From a virus: 64,000 nt of DNA. Location of the stretch: UHGV virus genome UHGV-0371278, one strand, 5' to 3'. The position numbers and the translations under genes were made by a program. The first letter of the stretch is position 1; each line of letters starts with the position of its first letter. Under the pieces are notes generated by a model. It saw nothing but the letters and a program-made list of their open reading frames with translations. It was not told where the DNA came from and ran no database searches. Below, one piece after another: positions 56,874 to 64,000 of the stretch.

Positions 56874-58604
56874 CTAGAAATCCTCGCCCAATATCTTGGC
56901 TCGCTCTGCCTTGACCCTGCGGATATGCGACATTGCGTCATCATCAGAGACAGCGGCGTCATTCTTCCTGACCATATATATCAGCGCATCGTTGAATGAC
57001 GGCAAGGACCCAATCATTTCCTGACCGGCAACTTTATCAGCAGGCAGTAGCCATCCATTCAGGCCGTTCTTATTCGGAATGAATCCAAGCGATTTCAGGT
57101 GTGGAGTTAAATGGCGAGAAATCGGCTTCTTCCTGGCGAGAATATCGAACCACTTCAAGATTTCCACCGTATTGACACGCCACCCAGGAGTCTTGGAATT
57201 CCCACCAGGCTTAATCTCTTCAAACTCGCAACTGATCAGGACATTGATCAGATACATATCAATCGTATCGTCGCGAACCACGCCACGCGCATTCTCCATT
57301 TCCGAAATAGAGAAGTTCTGGACTTCGCGGTTTGCTTCCGACACCATATTCAGGTAGCCATCGACGCCATGCTCTTCGATCCAGGCGCGGCACTCGGCCA
57401 TCGCTTGCCAGAATTTGCGGCCGAAGTCGGTGAAGTCCACTTTGAACGGTTCGTTGCCGTCGCCTGGCTTTACCCAGTTCGGCTTTCCATCCTCATCGGG
57501 CAGTTGCGCCACGAACATTGGATAGAAACGGCGGTTACCAGAGTCGTCCCGCTGGAGTCCATCGTAGCCGTTGCCGTCCATGATGGTGATCCATTGTCGC
57601 TTGATCGTCTCGCCCGGCTCAAACTTCTGGTCGAATGTATCAGAAGATCGCACCAGGAACTCTTTGATGCGTTCCATGTCGCCCTTTTTGAAGCCGGACA
57701 TTTCACCGACGTTCGCAATAACCGAGTTACCGGTGATGTTGCGCAGGAATGGTGTCTGGTCATGCCGGCTCAGGTCGAGCTGGACTGGAGCCAGATCGCG
57801 ACCGCCCGACAGTTCCTTGCATATCAGCAAGCCGAAATAGGATTTACCCGCATCTTGCCCACCAATCAACGCCAGAGAAATCGGCGCCGAAATTCCCGGA
57901 TAATTGATGCGACAGTACAGGCTCAGCCAGAAATACTTGCTCACCATCCGGTTCAATTCGGTGTCGAACGGCTTAAACAGATCGATCAGCAGCGTGCCAA
58001 TTCGCTCTTCGCCGTCCCACTCCGGTATCTTCTTCTCAAACGTCTCGATCAGAGAGTTGCGGCGATATCGACGCGCCCAAACGCAGCAAGTCTCAATCGT
58101 CTTCTTGATCGAGGGATCGTCCAAGGCCGCAGCCGCGAGGGCGCCCATCAGGTCAATCGGGTCGAGGGTCTTGTTGTTGAACGCTACGCCGCGATGGTCC
58201 ACCAGCCGGCCGCGAAACTCATCGAAGTGCGGATGCGGGACGGTTCCATCGCCCTTGCAGAACAAAGTATCGTACACCGCGAGATAGTTGCTGTCGGAAG
58301 TCGAGCTGTATTTCGTGATGAAGTCATCGAACGGCCCTTTCACGACCCGGCTGACCGGAAGATCGAACGCCTGGTCGAGCATCAACAACCGCGCTCGCTT
58401 CCTCAAGTCTGGTTCCGCATACGCCTCGGCGTATCTTGCCGCCTTTTGTGCGCGATGCGTTTCGTTCCTCGCAATCGCATCATCGGCCGCCTTGCTCGCG
58501 GCGGTCATCAAAGGGTCCATTCCAGCATCTTCTATCTGTGTGAGATCAAACTCACTGGACCCTGATTCGCCATCATCAAAAATATTATCTTCGTCGATAA
58601 TCAT
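56874..58604 (-). CDS. VirE-like / P4-alpha C-terminal-type NTPase (primase-associated helicase)
   Basis: Walker A LIGGQDAGKSYF; 576 aa. Confidence 0.6.
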   Translation of the reverse strand: MIIDEDNIFDDGESGSSEFDLTQIEDAGMDPLMTAASKAADDAIARNETHRAQKAARYAEAYAEPDLRKRARLLMLDQAFDLPVSRVVKGPFDDFITKYSSTSDSNYLAVYDTLFCKGDGTVPHPHFDEFRGRLVDHRGVAFNNKTLDPIDLMGALAAAALDDPSIKKTIETCCVWARRYRRNSLIETFEKKIPEWDGEERIGTLLIDLFKPFDTELNRMVSKYFWLSLYCRINYPGISAPISLALIGGQDAGKSYFGLLICKELSGGRDLAPVQLDLSRHDQTPFLRNITGNSVIANVGEMSGFKKGDMERIKEFLVRSSDTFDQKFEPGETIKRQWITIMDGNGYDGLQRDDSGNRRFYPMFVAQLPDEDGKPNWVKPGDGNEPFKVDFTDFGRKFWQAMAECRAWIEEHGVDGYLNMVSEANREVQNFSISEMENARGVVRDDTIDMYLINVLISCEFEEIKPGGNSKTPGWRVNTVEILKWFDILARKKPISRHLTPHLKSLGFIPNKNGLNGWLLPADKVAGQEMIGSLPSFNDALIYMVRKNDAAVSDDDAMSHIRRVKAERAKILGEDF

Positions 58605-58751
58605 GTTAGGGTTGCCGCCTTCTGCTTTACATGATCGGATTCAACATTGCCTCTACATATTGAGGCGAAAGGGACTGTTATTATCTCCTACCTAAACCGG
58701 CATAGCTAATAAGTTCCGTCCCCATCCGAAAATTTCTGTACCGTTCGTCGA

Positions 58752-58937
58752 TTAAAATACGTCAAACGCAACGACGAACCAGAACGTCAAAGCGGAAAGA
58801 CCGAAGAAGAAGCACAGAAGCGACGCGAGGAAGTTTGCGACTTGTATTTTCCACCCCTTTAGGCCTTCGAAGAAGATGATAAGGCCGAGGAACAGCAAGC
58901 CGATGGCGGTAATCAGAATTCCAGGATCATTTTGCAT
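58752..58937 (-). CDS. small membrane protein
   Basis: GAGGAG RBS; two TM helices. Confidence 0.5.
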   Translation of the reverse strand: MQNDPGILITAIGLLFLGLIIFFEGLKGWKIQVANFLASLLCFFFGLSALTFWFVVAFDVF

Positions 58938-58942
58938 AGTTA

Positions 58943-60019
58943 CTACTCCTCGCCGATATGACGGCGGTTGATGCGTTCAAGTTGTTCGACAATATACGGC
59001 AGGACGACTTCATCGGTGAAGGCCGCCCATGTCCGTCGATGCTCTTTGCGGCAAGTATCGTGCCCGCATCCGAACACATATTCGTGCTCGGCGCCAGGTA
59101 TCGGTCCGCGAAAGTATGCGCCGAAAGGATCGCCATTTGTGTGCTCGTCGCCCCAGGGACAGCGGATGCGGTATTTGCCGGACATATTCTGCTGGACCTG
59201 GCCGCCTGCCGCTTCTCCCATCTTGTATTTCGTGCAGATGTGCTCGGCATACTTCAACCATACTTGGTCATACAACCAATCGTCGCGGTTTATCTCCACC
59301 TTCTTCATCTGTGGCATGATGATGCGGACGCCAAAGGCCTGGGCGATTTCCTCTGGTGAGTAGCGCTTGGAATAGTCTGCGTGATACAGGCGAACCAGTT
59401 CGGGCTTGCCGTTTTCGTCTGCATATTTGAAGTTGCCGTCTTTCCCGCGCTTGTTGTTGAAGCCGAAAGGCATGCGACCATAACGGCTGACGTCTTTGAC
59501 GGTGTTGTCGCCGCCTTTCTTTAGCACCTGGTCCACGAACGAATAGAGCAGCGCCTTGAACTGGAGCATGTGGGCCATCGGCTCTTTGAAGAAATACCAG
59601 AACTGGTAGTTGTTCGGCGAAGTCTCCACAATCGCGGTCGGCTCCAGGCGTTCGCGGAACTCGTCGCGGTCGAAGTCGCCTTTGGAACCTTTGCCGGAGC
59701 CGATGTCATCGACCATTAACGCCAGGCCGTGGCCGAAAGAGGCCTCGCCGCGCCAGTATCGCATCTGGCCGGTCTTCGGGTTGGGCGTCTTGATGGATGA
59801 CGAGATACAGGCATATGCGTTGGATCTGGAATTGATGTACTTGCCTTCCTTCCAGGGAACTGGCCACCAGCCTGCGTTGAGCTTGCGGCCGTTTTCGTCG
59901 GTCTGGACTGTGGCCTCTTCAGCGTAGCCGACCATCACCCGTTCGTCGTCCGGAATCCCTCTGCCGAGTTCTCGCAGGAATTCTTCGGCCTGAGCCAGTC
60001 TTATTTCGTGAGGCTTCAT
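58943..60019 (-). CDS. DNA primase-polymerase (AEP family prim-pol) with C-terminal zinc-binding motif
   Basis: GHGLALMVDDIGSGKGS catalytic Asp motif; CPWGDEH...GCGHDTC; ATG 60019 after GGAG. Confidence 0.55.
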   Translation of the reverse strand: MKPHEIRLAQAEEFLRELGRGIPDDERVMVGYAEEATVQTDENGRKLNAGWWPVPWKEGKYINSRSNAYACISSSIKTPNPKTGQMRYWRGEASFGHGLALMVDDIGSGKGSKGDFDRDEFRERLEPTAIVETSPNNYQFWYFFKEPMAHMLQFKALLYSFVDQVLKKGGDNTVKDVSRYGRMPFGFNNKRGKDGNFKYADENGKPELVRLYHADYSKRYSPEEIAQAFGVRIIMPQMKKVEINRDDWLYDQVWLKYAEHICTKYKMGEAAGGQVQQNMSGKYRIRCPWGDEHTNGDPFGAYFRGPIPGAEHEYVFGCGHDTCRKEHRRTWAAFTDEVVLPYIVEQLERINRRHIGEE

Positions 60020-60465
60020 GCAAGTCGCTCCGGGCGCCCCTTGCGTCGAGGCACTTCCACGAACTGTCGCGCAGCACTCGCCTTTCTGGCGGAGTTTAGT
60101 CCATCTTCGTGGACCCGACTCCATGCTTCCATGATCTTGTGCTGCCGCGCCTTTTCGAGCGCCGGGGGAATCTTCGCATCGTCGATGCCGCGCACCCACA
60201 TGAACATCAGGAACGTCGCCAGGTCCAAGAGGTTGTTCTCATTTCCCTTCAGCGCATGTTCGGCGAATCCGTTGATCAGAATATCTTCGTCGCAGTCGAT
60301 CCAGCCGCCTCGGCCTTTATCGCGGGAGCGCTGTAACTTCTGGCGGATCGCCGTTGCGAACATGGACAGGGCATACTCGTCCTGAGCTTCAGGCTTTGCC
60401 TTCCTGAGAACGTCGAGGCTGGTCATGATGACTCCATCTACTGGTGAAGGTTTCTTCTGTTCCAT
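60016..60465 (-). CDS. hypothetical protein
   Basis: AAGGAA RBS. Confidence 0.45.
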   Translation of the reverse strand: MEQKKPSPVDGVIMTSLDVLRKAKPEAQDEYALSMFATAIRQKLQRSRDKGRGGWIDCDEDILINGFAEHALKGNENNLLDLATFLMFMWVRGIDDAKIPPALEKARQHKIMEAWSRVHEDGLNSARKASAARQFVEVPRRKGRPERLA

Positions 60466-60620
60466 TACATGAATTCCTTACTTGGCACTTACCGCTCGCA
60501 CCCGCAGCGGGCAGGATGGGCCTGTGGTTGCTGGCACGGCTGAGGATGCGCGGCCGGATCGATGGGTGAGGGAGCTACGGCGAGCATTTGCCGTAAATCT
60601 CGCCGATGCTGTTTACCGCG

Positions 60621-60983
60621 TCATAACGCAGGGACTGACCGACATAGGTCATCTGCGATGTCGGGTCCATCGGTACGAGCTTCCACCCCCTCCGGCACGC
60701 TGTGCTGAGCCGAGCTGCCGGGCGCGGCGATAAACTTCCCATCTTCAAACGCCGTAGCCAATTCGGTCGCTACCCGCTGACACTGCTTCAAGTGGCCGAC
60801 GAACAGTTCACGCGTTCCATCCCCCGCACGCACGCAGTATGGCCAGAAACCCTTCCCAGTTTTTTCTACGCGGTACCGCTCAAGCCCGAACACCTCCGGC
60901 ACAACATCCGCCCTTGCGCGCAGTGCTGCGACTTCCTGCCTTAGCGCCTGGGCCTCGACCTGCCGGCGGCGCTCTGCCTGCAC
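60621..60983 (-). pseudogene. in-frame continuation of upstream gene after a single amber codon (possible pseudogene fragment or readthrough extension)
   Basis: same frame as 60999..61982; carries another AQHSVPE repeat. Confidence 0.3.
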
Positions 60984-60998
60984 GTCGAGGCCCAGGCG

Positions 60999-61982
60999 CT
61001 AAGGCACCGAGTTGCCGGGCGCGGCGGCGAGCAGTTCGCGAGCCGCCAACAGAACCTGCTCTGTAGCCTCCATGCTCGTGGTGTATTCCGTCCGACTCGC
61101 TGCAAGATCGGTAACACGCTCGACGAACCGGTAGTCGAGAGTCCAGCCCTGTTCTTTTTCCTGCTCAGAAGCTTCCGGCACGCTGTGCAGGGCCTGGGTG
61201 AGCACGTCGGCGGATATGGCGCGCAAAAAGTTCTGAATTGCTCGCATATCTTCCTCGCTGGGTTCGTTACGCAGATACAGCACTACAGCTCTGGGATGTT
61301 CGGCATCGCGACCGATGCCAGATATTTCCGGCACGCTGTGCTGAGCCTTGGCGACCGCTAGCGCCTCGTTGAGCCGGAACCCTTCGTGCACCCAGTCCGT
61401 CAACTTCCCTTCCAGCTCCGCGACCCTGGCCAAGGCGGCGTCGCGTTCCACTTTATAACGACAATAAGGATGGCCGTATTCATCGCCGACTACGCCGTCA
61501 CAATAGCTCGCGGCCAGCTCGCTCCCGCGCTTTTCGGATTCGGCCAGTGCCTTTTCCAGCCGGCCGATTTCTTCAATGGCGTCTGCAAGCCTATTCGCAT
61601 CGGTCTTTTCGAACTTAGGGGCAATTTGAGGATTATCTTCGATTGGCTTCTGCGACCATTCGCTGATCCACCCCTGGCCGCGGCCATTGCAAACAGTACA
61701 CTTCCCCCGAAGCAACGTCTGACCGATTCCCTTGCAAGCGGCGCACTTCCCCAGAAACCCGACTTCGACGCGCTCAATCCCGGCCTTGGTGAGCGTCCAT
61801 TCCATCCTAAGATGGCCGGTGCCTGCCCAGTTTTCGAATTTTTTCGCCTTTACATACCCCATCTGCCGAAGTTCATTTAGCGCCTGATTGTTGGGGCCTG
61901 TGAAGGCCGGCTGATCGGGATTGTTATACAGATATAACAATGCGGTTTGATGGTGGTGATTCAAAGTCGGTTTATTATACAT
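60999..61982 (-). CDS. hypothetical protein with DnaJ-type CxxCxGxG zinc finger pair, coiled coil and AQHSVPE-type repeats
   Basis: GAGGTG RBS before ATG 61982; GKCAACKGIG...GKCTVCNGRG. Confidence 0.45.
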   Translation of the reverse strand: MYNKPTLNHHHQTALLYLYNNPDQPAFTGPNNQALNELRQMGYVKAKKFENWAGTGHLRMEWTLTKAGIERVEVGFLGKCAACKGIGQTLLRGKCTVCNGRGQGWISEWSQKPIEDNPQIAPKFEKTDANRLADAIEEIGRLEKALAESEKRGSELAASYCDGVVGDEYGHPYCRYKVERDAALARVAELEGKLTDWVHEGFRLNEALAVAKAQHSVPEISGIGRDAEHPRAVVLYLRNEPSEEDMRAIQNFLRAISADVLTQALHSVPEASEQEKEQGWTLDYRFVERVTDLAASRTEYTTSMEATEQVLLAARELLAAAPGNSVP

Positions 61983-61992
61983 GCCATTCACC

Positions 61993-62778
61993 TCAATTAC
62001 AGATGGCGATGTTGAGAACTTTATCGCGCCCGGCCGCGAACTTCTCCAGGAAGTCCACCAGGTCATTCAGGATGGTCCCCGCTCGACCTAGCTTGTGGCC
62101 GATCAGGAGCTGCGCGACTCGGTGTCCGACGAATTTCCCCGAAGGAATCTTCGGCCATGTTTCGCCGATGCTTTTGAGTACTGCATCAGTATAGGTTTTG
62201 TCCGCGCCGACTTTGTGGTGATCGAGGATCGTGCGATCACGAACGTATCGATTGATGATCCGCCGCAGGAACTCGTCTTCAGTCCCGGCCAGGGCGCCGC
62301 ACTCGCGGAGTTGGCGCAGGAGACGCCACCCCAAGTTCCGCTCCCACTTTTCGGCGAACTCTTCGGCTTCGGCGAATGACGCTCGCATGATGTGATCGAC
62401 TGGAATAATGACGGCGCCGCCTTCTTTCGTTCCGGCTTCCATGACCGCCCATTCGCCATGCTCGCGATGCTCGATGAAGCCGATCAGCATGCCGATGAAA
62501 GCTCCATCTTCCGGAACTCCGGTCACGCGAACGACGGAATGGCGCGGGAAGGCTTTCGATCCATAAAGGCTGGACTGTGAATTGACCCATCCGGCCTTGG
62601 CCAAGTCGGATGCTTCGGCGTGGATCAGCTCGCGACGGATGCGAACGGCCAGCGCCGGGTCCAGCTCGCGGCTGCGACGCAGGAAACCGGGCTTAAGGTT
62701 CGGGTCGCGGGTCTTGTCGACATTGGGATTCGGATTACCGACCGGGAGTTGGTCGCGGGAAATCTTGCATTCTTGCAT
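61993..62778 (-). CDS. hypothetical protein
   Basis: 261 aa ORF, first gene of leftward cluster. Confidence 0.5.
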   Translation of the reverse strand: MQECKISRDQLPVGNPNPNVDKTRDPNLKPGFLRRSRELDPALAVRIRRELIHAEASDLAKAGWVNSQSSLYGSKAFPRHSVVRVTGVPEDGAFIGMLIGFIEHREHGEWAVMEAGTKEGGAVIIPVDHIMRASFAEAEEFAEKWERNLGWRLLRQLRECGALAGTEDEFLRRIINRYVRDRTILDHHKVGADKTYTDAVLKSIGETWPKIPSGKFVGHRVAQLLIGHKLGRAGTILNDLVDFLEKFAAGRDKVLNIAICN

Positions 62779-62944
62779 TTAATGTATCCTCTGTTTTGGA
62801 GGGCAGTGCAGGGCGGCGCTAGTATCGGCCACTTTCCTGCCGAAGTAAAGTTGGATTAAATTCGCTCGCTTTGGCGAGTCAGCTGATAGTATACTCTTCC
62901 TGCGCAGAGGTAAAGCATAACTGTACGTTATAAAGGAACATTCG

Positions 62945-63367
62945 ATGGCGGAACATATTTTAACTCACGAAGGCGCTGTGGTGTTCGAGGGGCGATCCCG
63001 AACGGTCAAGCTCCGGCGCGGCAACCACCACTGGGTAGACTTCGATAGACATCGCTATAGCCCAAAGGACGGCCGCGCCGCTTCCCAGGCTATTAAGGGG
63101 GCGGTCCTGGTCCTTTCGACCGTCCGCTGGCTCCCTGGGGCCAAGGAGGCCGCAGAGCAGGCGAAGGCCTTCCCATATAAAGGAAGAGTCCACGCGCTCG
63201 GCGCCGCTTGGCATTATGTTCTGCTGCGGCGCACGAAGAACTTCTATGTCGATCCGCAAGGCCGCAAGTATCGTCGTGATACTGGATGGTCTGTGGACGG
63301 CTTGCTTAAACTGAGTCCCAATTCAATTAAACCTAGCGTTGGAGAACGCAAATATGTCAGCATCTAA
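62945..63367 (+). CDS. hypothetical protein
   Basis: RBS AAAGGAAC. Confidence 0.5.
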   Translation: MAEHILTHEGAVVFEGRSRTVKLRRGNHHWVDFDRHRYSPKDGRAASQAIKGAVLVLSTVRWLPGAKEAAEQAKAFPYKGRVHALGAAWHYVLLRRTKNFYVDPQGRKYRRDTGWSVDGLLKLSPNSIKPSVGERKYVSI

Positions 63368-64000
63368 CTTCACCGTCGATCAGATCGAAGAGCGATTCGG
63401 ATTCCGACCCAATAGCCAGCAGATCGACGCGATTAATTCCGTCGTTAACTGGTATCGTGGTTGGTGTGATCGAGCGCACCGCCGCCAGGTCTATCGACTC
63501 GCCGGTTTTGCCGGAACTGGTAAGACTTCCATTGCGAAAATCATCGCCGAACTTTGCTGCTCGATGGACTGGACTGTTTTCATCGCGCCGACCGGAAAGG
63601 CCGCCGCGCGTCTTCGTGAGAAAGGCTGCGTCAATGCCAGGACTCTTCACAGCTTTATCTATCGACCGATTGGTGAAGATGAAGACGGCGAAATCATGTT
63701 CGCCAACAAAGACTCGCTTGACGAGAAGCCGAAGTTGGTAGTGCTCGACGAGTCGTCCATGATCGGCGAGTGGGATGAAGAGCGCCTTCTGTCGCATCGA
63801 ATTCCGGTCCTGGAGATTGGCGACTTTGGCCAAGTTCCTCCTGTGCGCGGCGTCCAGATTTTCCACGAGAACAGTTGTGATACCATCATGACCGAAATCG
63901 AGCGCAACGCCGGCAATATTGTTCGGGCGTCGATGTTTGTTCGCCAGGGCAAGCGCTTGCCATGCCGCGAGTATGATGACATAGTGGTCCGGGCCGGCTT
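63354..64000 (+). CDS. Dda/RecD-like SF1 helicase, N-terminal part (runs off window end)
   Basis: Walker A GFAGTGKTS, motif II VVLDESSM; no stop before nt 64000. Confidence 0.8.
   Translation, partial: MSASNFTVDQIEERFGFRPNSQQIDAINSVVNWYRGWCDRAHRRQVYRLAGFAGTGKTSIAKIIAELCCSMDWTVFIAPTGKAAARLREKGCVNARTLHSFIYRPIGEDEDGEIMFANKDSLDEKPKLVVLDESSMIGEWDEERLLSHRIPVLEIGDFGQVPPVRGVQIFHENSCDTIMTEIERNAGNIVRASMFVRQGKRLPCREYDDIVVRAG

Noticed and set aside
57111-58565. 484-aa + strand ORF opposite the VirE-like NTPase gene
   Set aside because: The minus strand has a Walker A NTPase with RBS; the + product is Arg-rich low complexity

Overview
This 64-kb window looks like most or all of a tailed dsDNA phage genome; no host-like genes were seen. 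GC content is high, so long spurious antisense ORFs are common; I chose the strand that carries recognisable proteins, ribosome-binding sites (RBS) and stop/start coupling (TAATG, ATGA, TGATG). Layout, in order:

- **1-15.9 kb, + strand (replication and nucleotide metabolism).** Dda-like helicase C-terminus, ER/K-rich protein, FAD-binding oxidoreductase, ThyX, HAD phosphatase fusion, DnaQ-like exonuclease, DnaE-like Pol III alpha, VRR-NUC-like nuclease, SNF2 helicase, SSB-like protein, MazG-like NTP pyrophosphatase, ATP-dependent DNA ligase.
- **15.9-42.1 kb, - strand (late genes: lysis, tail, head).** GH19 endolysin, tail fibre assembly chaperone, tail fibre, Mu/P2-like baseplate (I-like, J-like, V-like spike), tape measure protein with a lytic-transglycosylase domain, chaperones, two paralogous tube-like proteins, gp25/W-like wedge, sheath, neck proteins, major capsid, scaffold/protease, MuF-like minor head protein, portal.
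- **42.2-48.6 and 50.1-55.2 kb, + strand (early genes).** Two clusters of small genes driven by a repeated promoter plus a conserved 5' leader.
- **48.6-50.1 kb, - strand.** A lone large terminase gene sits between the two early clusters.
- **55.3-62.8 kb, - strand.** TerS-like candidate, VirE-like NTPase, AEP-type primase, zinc-finger and repeat proteins.
- **63.35-64.0 kb, + strand.** N-terminal half of a Dda-like helicase, which probably wraps round to the fragment at 1..266.

No integrase, transposase, tRNA or CRISPR array was found.

Most notable observations:
- The portal protein carries a C-terminal domain resembling family I inorganic pyrophosphatase.
- Two homologous AT-rich elements flanked by inverted repeats lie upstream of leftward late genes.
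- A G-free, C/A-rich leader precedes the TerS-like gene.
- One gene has a frame disruption (13.2-13.8 kb).
- Another gene is interrupted by an in-frame amber stop inside decaying nucleotide repeats (60.6-61.4 kb).
- ThyX has RTR in place of the usual RHR motif.
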